From the NCBI GenBank assembly GCA_963693365.1, contig CAVNZM010000008.1:4550310-4614309 (forward strand): a stretch of 64,000 nucleotides of DNA. The letters are read 5' to 3'. The notes beneath the pieces were generated by a model. It searched no databases. It was not told the origin of the DNA and saw only the letters and a list, made by a program, of their open reading frames with translations. Shown piece by piece: positions 1 to 13,500 of this stretch (positions are counted from its first letter, which is position 1; every line of letters starts with the position of its first letter). The position numbers and the translations under genes are program-made. This DNA is from Amoebidium appalachense (lineage: Eukaryota > Protista > Ichthyosporea).

Positions 1-101
1 CAACCCGCTAAATAAGTAAATATAGAGGAAATCAATAAGTAATTGATTCAAATAATAATAAAAACATACTAATTTTTTTCAAGGGGACCAAACCAAAAAA
101 G

Positions 102-141
<40 letters not shown>

Positions 142-1084
142 CAACTCATACAAACAAGGACGTACTAGTCTTTCTGCTGTCTCCCTCACACCTTACTCTC
201 ACACCTTACGAATTTGGCACCACACACCTACACGAGTAAGAGGCAACCCCTCCCCCTTCGCCTCATACAAATCCGTATTCAGGGTTTCATCAAGCTCCAA
301 ACCATTACCGTAACTCACACGGAAAAGAAACCCCCTTTTCTGGGCACCACCCACTATCACCCCCATGCAGCCACCCCACCAAACTAAACCTGCGCAAGAT
401 CTCACACCCATGCACCCAAAATCGAACATCGTCTTCTGCCCAGGCTTACTGGCAGCCTTTTTCAGCGATTCCGCGCGTGTGGGGGCTCTGCGGCTCTCTA
501 AACTCTCCATGTGCGAGCGCAATTCAGTTGTTCTTTTGCCGTTTCGGCTTGTGCAATTGCACGTGTGGTTGCGTTGTTGATTGTGTTGTTTGCGTTTACA
601 AAACCCTCAGTCAGTGATTGCTTGGGCTTCTTGGGTAGTTTCCTGAAACTTGTCTGTGGCCTCAGTTACTGTGTGCAGTGCACTATTCAACGCCCCAAGT
701 GCAGCTGCCTGCACCTGGACTAACTGGCTTGGTCATGATCGGTGGGTTTAATATGCATTCAACCTGCCTATATGATTAGGATGTAAAAACTAGCTATACA
801 AGGCTGCTTCGAACTAGTTGGGGCCTTCGTATGTTTCTGCTCGTTTATCGACATAGTCGGCCACATGAGTCCTTTGCATACCACGCGATGTGCGGCCGCC
901 GCCTATCATTGGCCCTGGCGAGCTTTGGGCGGTCGTTGAGTCACGGCGAACCACTGTTTTGTCTGGGAAAGAGATCGAAATACTAAAGATAGGGGGTCTA
1001 AACTGACCAGATAAACCCGATTACTCGTCCTACTATGTATAGGACCCCTTGGTGCGCTAACATAATCCCGAAAAATGACCGAGG

Positions 1085-1704
1085 TCAGTATGTTAAGATT
1101 TTTTGAAAATCGGCGTCGACGTTATGTTCAAGTTGTGCGTGGAGTATGTTACGCGCGGACGCATACTGTACGGTTACTAGTAGAGAGTCTCGTTCATACA
1201 TAGATTCGTTTATTCGTAATGTGGTGTTGTGCAAAAACGCAAAGATGATTATGGCTTGGCGGTGTAATCGGTTTCTGGTGTCTCCTGCTCGTATGTGTAA
1301 TATGTGTGGGTGGCGGTTTACTCGCGGCTGCATATCTATTAATAAATGCAACCTGTTAGCTAATGTATTAGAACCGGAGGTTATTGGCGGTTTTATTCTC
1401 TTTTCTTCCTCTCTTCCTCAATATATCCGTTTTAAGATGACTATCCTAGATCACCTTATTAATGCTGCACAGTATGATATTGTGATCCGGTGCCTTAACT
1501 TTCTTCCGGAGCTACCGATGCTAGCCTCTGCTTACCCATAATATGTAATAGGGGTGTCAGATACTACGATGGCGCTCATTGTTGCCTAGCATGTACATAT
1601 GTCACTGGCTGCATTTGATTGGCTGTGCTGGAAAACGCAGTAGGCCGTCGAATGTGGCTGGGCCTCCGGCAGTGTCCACGCAATAAAAAGTGTGTAAACC
1701 CCCC
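1085..1704 (+). mobile_element. 5'-truncated 3' fragment of a non-LTR retrotransposon, family F2
   Basis: ORF 1146-1541 (AWRCNRF..CNMC..FTRGC..KC..TILDHLINAAQYDIVIRCLNFL) aligns by eye with the C-terminus of the RT ORF at 46403-49147 (QWRSNKY..C..FNRSCIAKC..NILDFILNTRNYDLFIRCIDWL). Its 3' UTR (about 1515-1704) recurs at 49219-49414; both copies end in GTGTAAACCC. Left boundary approximate. Confidence 0.75.
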
Positions 1705-1721
1705 TTCTTGACTGTCACCTA

Positions 1722-1833
1722 CTGAGGTGACTCGTATTTTTCCTTACACACACAGCGAACGGGACCGTAGAGCCGCCGCGAGAGAAAGCATGCACGCGGT
1801 CGCGAGAGTGTAAGGAAAAATAGAGTCACCCAG
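1722..1833. repeat. About 110-bp imperfect palindrome, possible MITE
   Basis: GGTGACTCGTATTTTTCCTTACAC (from 1726) is the reverse complement of GTGTAAGGAAAAATAGAGTCACC (ending 1830) with one indel. No TSD seen. Confidence 0.55.
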
Positions 1834-2583
1834 GAAATTTTCATCATCAAGTTCTGTGATTGGTCGGAAAGCAAAGCCCCTCATCTATTGGTTCCTGGTA
1901 AATCCCCCGCAAACAGGTTTGGACCCAAGAGAAATCGCGCGATTGCCTGTGTCGTAAGCCAAAGCTCGTTTATTAATAAAGAGGATCAAGGTGATCATCC
2001 TGAAAGACTGAATAGCCTTGATTCCGACTGTGACAGCGAATCAGTGCCATTTTGCACACTAGGGATATCTTCGTGGTGTATGGAGGTTGACATAATACTA
2101 AATAAACACAGAAAAAGCAGAAAAAGAGTATGAATGCACTCTAGGCTTAACTAATTAGGGTACCTGTGCGGTAGGGATGAAAGAAAGATTATTAAGCAGA
2201 CAATGCACGCAGTATGCTGCTACAACCTAGCTAAATGTTCTATAGACAAAATGCAAAATATTGCAACGGTAGACCACGCGGATTGAAACGAGCGCAGTAC
2301 ATCACACAAAGTTTCAAAAACTGTGCACGAGAAGTGCCGGCGCTTGAAAGCCTTGCGACAAGACATGGGATGATAACGGTCCCGGCTGTTGACCAATTGC
2401 AAGGTTTGAATTTGAGCGCAAACGGCTGACGTGATGCCCTATCTGGATTGCCTCAATATCATGCAATATTTCGGATTTTGCTTCGCTTCGTACCTATCCA
2501 ACGATTGGCTTTTAAATTTTTTTTAAAGTTGCCTCAAGGTGGGGTCAAGACGCCGCACGCGCCGAAACGCATACCGTACGAAG

Positions 2584-2758
2584 ATGACTGCGGATTTTGG
2601 GGTGCCGGGGGGCAAGGAGCTCGAAAATGCAGTCAATGGGGTAAGTCCTGATGGTGAATGGACCACTCACTCTCTTGCTACTCTCACTGTGGGTTTTTTT
2701 TTTTTTTTTTCCCCCTTTTTTTTTTCTTTGGTATTTTCCTCAAGCCCATGCTATTATG

Positions 2759-2801
<43 letters not shown>

Positions 2802-5800
2802 CCCCCTCCCCTCCCCCGGGTGGCAAAATCTGCATTGTAATCCGCCGTCAATGTGCACTTTGTACTCTGTAGCACATCGTCCTCCCCCCTCCCTCCCCCC
2901 CCCCTCCCCCCCCCCCCCCCCCCCCCCCCCCCACACACACACACAGCCTCCCATTATCCCCTTCCTGATCCTTCCCCCCCCCCCCCCCCCCCATCCTCCC
3001 CTTCCTTTGAAGCACACCGAGTGTGTGCTTTGCGATCTGCATTGTGGGTATGTATCGGTCGTAATTGTGCACTTCGTACCCCATACCCACTCCCCCCTGT
3101 TGGAGTACACTGGTACTCCCGGCTAGCAATGTCTGTTAGAGAAAGTTTCTGAGCAATTGAATAATTGTTTCAACACTCACTCGAGTGCATAGAGCTTTTG
3201 TTTACGGTCATATTCATATATGGTAGTTATATGTTTGAGCCAAAACTGTACCAATGACGAGCTTCACTAGCAACGTGCTAATTGTGCTCATTAATTAATA
3301 TTCCCGGTTCAGATGATGTAATGTCTATATTTGCCACAGGATTCTATTCTTAGAGTGGTAGTGTGCTTTATTCCCGGATATTCTCAGAATATTTTTAGTT
3401 GTGTGAAGTAAGATTTACGTTTAACTGCAATTGGTGTGTTAAACACGTTTATTTGTGTGCTTTAGTGCAAGTTAACTAGCCACTCAACGTGCACAGTTAA
3501 CTTTTATATCTTTAACGACTTGTTTTCATTGTGCTCTCTTTTCGGCCATGCTGTACATGGCCCACCACCAGGGTGCACACGAGGCCACCATGAGGTGGCC
3601 AACGACTATATAAAGCAGTGCCTCCCATGTCACAAACATGGGAAGCAGAACGTTTGATTTACACTTTTCTACTGTCGTTTTCAGTGCACAAAACACATAG
3701 ACAAGTTACCCATCATACACGACACTATGTCTGACAACTTACAGTTGCAGCAACTAGTCCAACTACTGGAGCAGAGGTTGGCCTCACAAGATGCAATCAT
3801 TTCTGACTTACAGAAGGAACAACGTGCACTAGAACTAGCTTCTATGAACACGATGTCCAACAGGGTTATGGGCCCCTCACGTAATGATTCCATCAAGTTC
3901 AAGGTCGACATCCCTCTCTTCACTGGCATTGATAATGATTCAGGCACGGACTACCACACATGGGCCGAAACCATGTATGTCCAGCTTTCTGGTGCTGGTC
4001 TTCTCCACACCATCGCGCCCAGTACAGAGCACCCGGCTACCCGTGAACAGGTCGACACTGCCCGTTCCTACCTGTGGCAAGCACTCTCGGTTGATGTGCG
4101 TTGTATCCTAGGGTTAACACGCACCACCACACCTGCGGAGATATGGTCGGCCCTATCTGCCCACTACCTGGAGCAATCTGAGGCCAATCAGTACGACCTT
4201 ATCGGGCTGTACATGAATTTTACGCCTGAACCTACGGACACCGCGACGAAATACGCCATGAAGCTCCGCGGCTACGTGCGGCGCCTGGCCGATTACGGAA
4301 CACAAATTGGTGATGCTCAAGTGCTGACCAAGCTCACCAACGACCTCGGCAAGGTGCCTTACTACGAAATGCCTGTCATTGCCTACAAGATGACACCCAA
4401 GCCTACCGTAATGGGCGTCCTCCAACAGCTACGGGCATATGAGACCAGCCACCCACGTGCACGTGTGACTACCAGCTCCGGGCCGGCCGCCTTCACCACA
4501 CGGGCTCCTCAACCTGTCATCTGCCACGGCTGCGGCAAACCAGGCCACATCAAGTCTCAGTGCCCCAACGGCAACGGCCAACACAGCAACTCTGGCAACA
4601 ACCGTGCCAGCACCTACCCCAAGGGTTCCTGCGTCAACCACCCACTGTCTACCAGTCACACTACCGCCATGTGCAAGGGGGGCAACCGTGCCAACGGCCG
4701 CAAACCTAAGGGTGGTCCCCTCCCGCCTGGGTCCTGCATCAACCACCCTGCCTCTACTACCCACACTACGGCACAGTGCAAGGGGGGGCTGCTGCTCCCC
4801 GGGCTTTCCTCATGTCTAGCAACGACTGTGGCACCAACAAGGTGCTCCTCGACTCTGGAGCCACTGACCATGTGTGCCCCCGGCCCGATGTGTTCGTCAA
4901 CATGCGTGCGGCGCCTTACTCCACGGTCCAAGTAGCCGACAAGGGTGCATGTGCAGTGCTTGGGGTGGGCGACGTGTTCTTTTCCAGCACCATCGACGGC
5001 GTTACTGCGGTGCATCAGCTGACGGATGTACTCTACGTGCCCTCCATCCCCGACACTCTCATCAGTGTGTTCACGGCATCTACCAACGGCGTTTTACCCC
5101 GCTTTGACACCCGCGGCGGCGTTAAGTTGTGCTACGGCGATCAAATTCTGGCCACCGGCTCGGCTGTCGGCACCAAGCTGTACCACATGGCGGTGTCTCT
5201 TCTGCGCGCGGACACAACCCCGGACGCCCAAACCACCACTGCTCCGCGTATCCTCAAGGTTACTGCCGACCTCAACACGTGGCACTACCGTCTGGGCCAT
5301 GCTGGCATTGACGCTGTACGCTCGGTCATCAAGTCTGCAGGCCTGTTGGTGGGTGGCGGTGCCAAGTCTCCGGGTGTGTGTGAGCCCTGTGCCCTCGGCA
5401 AAGCCCACCGTGTTGCCTTCTCCGAATCAACCAGCCAAGCTCCCCGGGTCCTAGCCAAGGTTCACAGCGACATCAGCGGCCCCTTCCCTCCCGCGATCGG
5501 TGGTGCTCAGTACTTGGCGACGTTCCAGGACGACTTCACCGGCCACACCACGGCCGTGCCCCTCGTCAAGAAGTCGGACACACTGGCTGCATATGTGACG
5601 TACCACAAGGCGGCGGTTACCCAACACGGTGTTCCCATGCAGGTGTTTCAGTCCGACGGGGGGGGCGAGTACATGGGCACGGCCTTCGGGGACTACAACC
5701 GTGAGCACGGCATTCGCCATCAGATCACTACCACCGGCTCTCCTCAACAGAATGGGACTGCCGAACGACTGAACCGGACCCTCCTCGACATGGTTCGGGC

Positions 5801-8800
5801 ACTCCTGCAGCAGTCCGGCCTTCCGGTGGGATTCTGGGCCGAGGCAGCTGTGACCGCGGCTTTTATACGCAACATGCTCCCGTCGCGAGCCACCGGCAGC
5901 CAATCGTCTCCCGCCCTGCTGTGGACCGGCATTCCTCCCGACTACAGCCGGCTCCGTGTCCGGGGCTCTCCCTGCTACGTCCATCAACAGGATACACCGA
6001 AACTGGCGCCTCGTGCCGTCAAGGGCATCTTCGTGGGCTACCCTCCTAACATCAAGGGCTACAAGGTCTGGATTCCAGCAGCACACAAGATGACCGTCAG
6101 CCGTGACGTGCAGTTCGACGAGGCTGCTATTCTGCACCCCCTCCATGATGTCCCATCTGATTGGTCGACCGCACCGGCAATTCATCATTTTTTGGAGTCA
6201 TCTGATTCGTCAAATCAGCCAGCCAATCACATCGTCCGGAATGATCAGCAATCTGATTCGTCTCGTCTGTCAGCCAATGGGACAGCGCCGAGTGATCAAT
6301 TGGACATTCCGATCCTGCCCGAGCCTGCACATCGGCTCCCCCGGACGACCCGTAGTGGCGCTGTGTACAACGACCAACGTCGAGGCCCGACTGCCAATGT
6401 GGCTGCTGCTACGGCCCCCCTTGCCTCCCAGGCTACGGCTCCTGCATCAACACCCATCAAGGCTTCCACCATTGTTGTCCCCAAGACTGTCCGGGCTGCA
6501 CTCAAGAGTCCCCAGCGTCTGAAATGGGAGGAGGCTGCACACCGTGAGCTCAAGGCCCTGGAAGACAACGGCACCTTCACCCTTGTGCCCCGTCCAGAGG
6601 ATGGCTCCACTGTCATTCCGGTCGGCTGGGTCTTTACGGTCAAGCAGGACAACGTCGGCAACGTCACTGCTTTCAAGGCCCGGCTTGTGGCCCGGGGCAA
6701 CTACCAGCAGCCTGGCCAGGACTATTTCGTCACCGAGTCACCTGTGGCTGCGCTGGCTACCATCCGGCTGGTTTTGGCTACCTCCGTGGCCCAAGGTCTG
6801 CCTCTGCGCCACATCGACGTCAACACAGCATTCCTCAACGGCACCGTCAACGAGACCATCTACATTGAGCAGCCCCCTGGCTTCGTCAACCCCTCGGCCC
6901 CCCATGCTGTCGGCTTGCTCCACAAGGCGCTCTACGGCCTAAAACAGGCACCGCGCCAGTGGTATGAGGCCCTCCGTGACCATCTCCTCGACCAAGGCTT
7001 CATTGTGAGTGCTGCTGACCCGTGCCTGTTCATCAAGAATGCCGGGACCCCAACGTTTATTGCCCTTGCTGCCTACGTGGATGACTTCACCGTGACGGCC
7101 GCCACTGATGCGCTCATCGACGATTTTTTCACCAAGCTGGATGCTCGTTTCTCTGCCAAGGACCTGGGTCGTCCTACCCTGCTCATCGGGCACACTCTTA
7201 CCTGGCTGGAGGACGGGTCTCTGCGTCTGGGCCATCGTCAACACATCATCGACTTGGCTGCCCGTTTTCGTCTCACCCACATGTCCGGCACCAAGACCCC
7301 CATCGTCCCGGGCCAGGCCAGTGAAAGCAACAAGACCCCAGCCCACAGCAAGAAGGAGGACTATGCCAGCCTGGTCGGTGCCCTGCTGTGGATTGCGCGT
7401 ACCACCCGCCCCGACATTTCCCAGGCTCTGGGAGTCCTTACTCGACACATTCATGCGCCCACCGTCACCCACTGGACTATGGCTACCAGAGTTGTAAGCT
7501 ACCTGCTGGCCACCATCGACCTGGGTATTGTCTACCGTCCCGGCCCCCTCACCCTTGTTGGCTACTCCGACTCCGACTACGCCGAGGACCGCGACACCCG
7601 GCGCTCCACCACGGGCTATGTCTTCTTCATCAACTCCTCCCGGGGGCCCTGTGTCCTGGGTGTCTCGGCTCCAGTCCATCACCACCCACAGCTCCACTGA
7701 GGCTGAATTTGTGGCCATGTCTGCTGCTACGAACGAGGCCATATGGCTCAACTATGTGATGGACGACCTGGGCCTTAATCCTATCCATGAGCCCACCCCG
7801 GTGCCCATCCATGGGGACAATGAGTCTGCCCGGGCCCTGCTGGACACCCTGGGGGTTAAGCCCAAGACCAAGCACATCGACGTCCGCTACTGCTCCGTCA
7901 AGGAACATCACCTGCTGGGCAACATCACTGTGGTCCCGGTGGCTTCTGCTGACAACAAGGCCGACATGTTCACCAAGGCCCTGTCTGCCTCTTTCTTCAC
8001 CAAGGCCGTGGGGATGCTCAACATGTGCTGAGCACCCGTCATCAACCAACTGCGCCCTCATACTTCAGGGGGGGGAGAGAGTTGCATCCGACTGTGCAAC
8101 TACGTGTACCATACTAAAATTGAGTAGGGGAATCTTTATTGTCTGTATTTTGTGCACCTGAAGCACTCGAGCTCAGTTGCATTAATTCATACCACAATTA
8201 TCCAATTGAGTAGGGGTGTTGGAGTACACTGGTACTCCCGGCTAGCAATGTCTGTTAGAGAAAGTTTCTGAGCAATTGAATAATTGTTTCAACACTCACT
8301 CGAGTGCATAGAGCTTTTGTTTACGGTCATATTCATATATGGTAGTTATATGTTTGAGCCAAAACTGTACCAATGACGAGCTTCACTAGCAACGTGCTAA
8401 TTGTGCTCATTAATTAATATTCCCGGTTCAGATGATGCAATGTCTATATTTGCCACAGGATTCTATTCTTAGAGTGGTAGTGTGCTTTATTCCCGGATAT
8501 TCTCAGAATATTTTTAGTTGTGTGAAGTAAGATTTACGTTTAGGTTTTATTTGTGGAAATTATTGACATAAATATTTTTCTGGGTAAACACGTAGGATGG
8601 GTGTTCGATACCAACATAACCATGTAGGCTTCAATTCGTGTTTTAGCAGTTAGCGGTTGGCTGCCCGCACACGGGCACCTATTAGCCAGTCAAAACATCA
8701 GATACCACAGATCACTAGACCGAGTTACGATTGGCTCGGATCAGATTTCACATATCACTAGATCGATTTTTGATTGGCTCAGATCGGTAGGCTTAGGTAT

Positions 8801-10523
8801 ATAAGCACGACAGTTTTTAGCAGATCAGCAAGCTACAAACACATCTTCTGTGTTTAGCATACAAACACATCTTCTGTGTTTAGCATCCACAGCCTTACAG
8901 CTATATATTCCTTTTCAACCCTATTCCTTTTCATTCTCCCTATCTTTCCTACGCCGGTCAGCATGCCGCCGAAAAAGCGCCAGGCCTCAGCCGCCGCCCC
9001 TGCCGCGGCACCTAAGCGCCTGACCCGCAGCGATCTCCGCCACAGGCTGACCAACGCTCCCGCGGCCACTGACGCGCCTCCAGCGTCCCATACCACCACG
9101 GACCCGGACCCGCCGGCTACTCTCCCCTCCACTCCTGAAGTCCCCCCTCAGGCCCCGCCGTCCCCGCAGATGACTTCTCAAGACGCCGTCCTGGCTGCCC
9201 TCACCGCCATCAGCACCCAGATGGCTGGCGTCCTGGCTGCTCTCACCAACCGCGACCCTCCCGCGCCCCCCGCCGCGCCCTCCACACCCGGGGAGGTTTC
9301 CCCGGGGCTGCATCTCGGCCCTGACCTTGACCTGCCTGCCCTGCCCGCGCCCCCCATCACAGGTGAGAACACTGGCGACATTCAGCCGGGCACACTCCCG
9401 CTTCCCCCCGCAGATGTGCTGGCAGATTTGCGCGCCAATCGTTTCGTCGACCTGTATAAGTTCACCCCCGCCGCCCTCCTGGCCCCATCCAAGAAAGGTC
9501 AGCATCTGCGCATGGCCGACGACGGCAGCATCGAGACTTTTCGCCAAGACAAACCCGTTCCCCTGCGTTCACTCGTCATTTGGATCCAAGCTTGGACCCA
9601 TTACATGGCCGCCAAGCACCACCTCGGCCTTCCCACGGACAAAGACGTACTTTGGACTCAGCACATCACTCGCCTCAGCACCCGATACCCGTGGGCCCAG
9701 ATCCACAACTATGACGTATACGCCCGCACCGTGGCCCACCAGCAGGGTCGGGCTCCGATCGAGTGCCCCAACCTGCTCGCCCAACTCCACCAGGATCTCC
9801 TCCTGCCACCCACTCTGCTCATCCAGGACGCATGTCAGCGCTGTGGCTTCCCCGACCACCCCAGCGCGGCCTGCCCCATGTACCCCAAGCCCGGCTGTGG
9901 TCTTGACGGCTTTAAGCCGCCCCACAAGCCCGGCGGGGGTCACACCCCTAACCGCCCTGGCCCGCAACCCGGCCCGGCAAAACCGGCCCGACCCGTGGAT
10001 CTACCCGCGACGCACTGCAGGAATTTCCACATTAACGGTCGGTCCTGCGCTAAGCAGCCCTGCCCCTTCTCCCACGTGTGCCCGCTCTGCTCTGGCACAC
10101 ACCCCCGCAAAGACTGCAAGCACAATGCCTAGTCTACGCGCACACCCACACACACAGCTAGAACATAGGGGTTAGGAGCTAGGACACACGAGTACAGGGA
10201 AACGGAGCTCGGGAGAACGGGCCAATAGGGCTGAGTACAAAATTTCGCAGGCCAACTACGGCGCCCGCGCGCGTCAAGAATAAATGTCCCTATACAAAGA
10301 CGTTTATTCTGGCCACTGCACATAAATTTACTCCCCCCCCCCCATCCCACGAGCCTCCCCCCCCTTACACTCACCTAGCACTCCCTCCCCCCCCCTTCTT
10401 CTACCGCTGTGTCCGCCCACACCCCCGCGTGCTCGGGCACATTCCCCTGCACAGGGCCCCGCTGCCCTCCCTGCCAACCCTCACTTGGGCCCAGCTGCCC
10501 TACTCTAACCCCCCGGGGCCCTG

Positions 10524-10575
<52 letters not shown>

Positions 10576-13500
10576 CTGCCGGGATCTCCCCAAGGGTACA
10601 CCACCCTTGCTAACCACCCCTTCCCCCGAGGCTCAGACCCGGAGGCCCGCCCGCTGCCCCAGCACCACATTGACACCTCCCGCCTCCGGGAGCTGCTGGC
10701 CTCCTACCCGGACCAACCATTCGCCGCACAACTCCTCCACGATGTCGAATTCGGCGTCGACATCGGCTATCGCGGCCCCTCCACCTCTCGGGTGGGCCCC
10801 AACCTACCCACCACCCCGGAGGCAGCTGCCGCTATCACGGTGGATATTGCCAAAGAAGTCGCCCTCGGCCACCTGCGCGGCCCCCTCTCCCCGGCCCAAT
10901 TCTTTGACGAATTTCCCGTCCACCGTTCCTCCCCCATCGGCGCCGTTACCAAGAAAGGGAACCCCCCCAAGTACCGTCGAATCCACCACCTCTCCTGGCC
11001 CCGGGGTAGCAGTGTCAATGACAGCATCACCTACCCCGACGAACTTCAGTACATTCGCGCCCGGGATGTCACCCAACTCATTCTCGACGCAGGCCCCGGC
11101 TGCTACATGGCCGTGGCAGATGTGCAGGCTGCCTTCCGGCACATGCCCATCCGACCGGAAGACCACCACTTAATGGCATTCAAATGGCAAGGGCATTTTT
11201 ACGTTGAAACCAGACTGCCCTTCGGCCTGAAATCTAGCCCAGCCATCTGGGAACGGATCGCGGCCACCCTACAGTGGCTGGCACACCAGCACGGTATTAC
11301 CCTCATCCGCCACTACGTAGACGACTGGATTATAGTCGCCCCCACACAACAGCAGTGCCAACGTCACCTATCCACCTTCCTGCAACTCTGCCGAGAGCTG
11401 CACATTGCCATCTCCGAAGACAAGATGCAGGGCCCGGCTACCCGTGTCGTCTTCATCGGTATCGAATTCGACTCCATCGCCATGGAGGCACGAATCCCGG
11501 CTTCCAAGCTCTCGGACCTACTCGACCTCACTTCCCACCCAAAGCCCACCATCACCATTCGGGACCTCCAGTCCCTCCTCGGCAAACTCACCTGGTGTGC
11601 CCAGCTGGTTCCCCCCGGGAGGGCCTTCTCCCAGCGCCTATGGGCCCTTCTCCGGACCCACCCACACCTTGCCGGCCACCACCACATACGACTGACTGCT
11701 GCCGCCCGGGCCGACATAGCCGAATGGCACCAGTTCCTCACATCATGGAATGGGGTGCACCTCATCACACCCCCCACATACACCACCCTGGCCACTGATG
11801 CTGCCGGATCGGTGGGTCTAGGTGGCCACTGGCTCGACCAATGGTTCTTCATGCCCTGGTCCCCCTCCACCCAAGCCCTCTATGCTCATGAGGGTAAACT
11901 CGGTTCTTCCGTTATCGAACTCCTGGCCATCGCAGCCGCCGTGGCCCTCTGGGCCCCCTCCTGGTCCACCCACCATGTCCGTATTTTATGCGACAACACG
12001 GGTGCTGTGGCTGACCTGCACTCCCGGTCTTCCCCCCACCCCGTGATGGCCAAACTTATTCGGTTCATCACCCGCATGGAAATGCAATACCAATTTACGT
12101 TACAGGCATCCTACCTACCAGGACCCCTCAAACATCTGGCCGATGCCATTTCTCGTAACCAACTTCCCCGGGCCCGACGACTCCGACCTTCCCTGCAACC
12201 GGAGCCCTGCCCCTCCCCCTCCTGGGTCCACGAGTTCCTATCCCTTCCCTTGGGCTAACCCCCCCCCCCCCCCCCCCCAGATCTCCCGTTCCGGAGCAAC
12301 ACTGGCAGATTGGCCCCCCACTTTGCTCCGGCCGAGCTGCTTCGAGCCACCACTACCCTGCAGGAATGCCAGGCCCTGAGTCTCAACCTCGACTCTCGGG
12401 CCTTTTACTCCCGGGTGCAAAAAGTGTTCATCGATTTCTGTGTGGCATCTCGGCTGCAATCCTCCTCCGGGTCCTCCCTCCCGGCCTCCCCACACACCGT
12501 GCAACTTTTTCTCGCCTGGTGTGCCCAACGAGGGGTACAGGCCTCTTCCTTAACCGGCTACAATTCGGCCATCACCAGGCTCCACCTCGACATGGGCCTC
12601 CCTGCTCCCTACCCCCACGACAAGTCTCTGGCCTGGTTCCTACGGGGGGTAGGCCGATGGCAGCTTTCTCACAACATCCGACCCCGCTCATCCACCAGGG
12701 AACCCCTCCTCCCCTCCCACCTCCGCCTACTCCATGGCCAGTGCCCCACCAAGGCCTCCTCGGCCAATCTCCGGCTATGGACGGCCCTCATCGTCGGTTT
12801 CTGTGGTCTCCTCCGTTCAGGGGAATTTACCTCCAAGACCCTGACTTCTTTCGACCCGTCCCGTCACGTTAAACGGAAGGACGTGACCTTCAGCTACACC
12901 CCCACCGGTACTTTGTCCCATGCCACCCTCCACCTGCCAACCTCTAAGACGGATGTACAGGCCCGAGGTGTCAACGTCACCCTAGCTGCCCTGCCCCTCA
13001 CCCACTTCTCCCCAGCCCATCTCCTCCGGCAGTTCCTGGATACAACGTCCGGTCAACCCGACGACCCCCTCTTCAGTCTCGGTGGCATCCCCTACACCAA
13101 GAGTGCTTTCTCTGCCGATTTCCGTGCCCTCCTCTCCCGGGCAGGCCTCTCACCCTCCCGGTTTGCCGGACACAGCCTCCGCATCGGGGGGGCCACAGCA
13201 CTGGCTGAGGCCGGGGTCGACGACTCCCGGATCAAACAACTCGGCCGGTGGTCCTCCGACTGCTTCCTGATCTATACCCGACTTCGTCCGGCCTCCATTG
13301 CTGCCACCACCACACGTGTATTCGCCTCTATTCTTAAGTGAAACCTTTGGAGCAAGCATACTGCTCTCGTGCCGTGGTTTACAACCATTGCAGGTTCACT
13401 TTCGTCCAAGGGGATGTCCCCCTAGAGGCAACACACGTCCCGGAGTAGTTTTTCATAGAGGTTTTATTTGTGGAAATTATTGACATAAATATTTTTCTGG

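Noticed and set aside
199-522. Possible first exons of a minus-strand gene with a PIP-box-like QKTMFDF
   Set aside because: No recognisable homology and no confident splice model within the window.
4780-4790. Programmed -1 frameshift between copia-A gag and pol at G7
   Set aside because: Copia-type elements usually have one ORF, and a 1-nt homopolymer indel or sequencing error is simpler. Cannot be excluded without other copies.
11780-12310. Methyltransferase domain, as in some DIRS-like elements
   Set aside because: The ORF ends shortly after RNase H and no methyltransferase motifs were seen.
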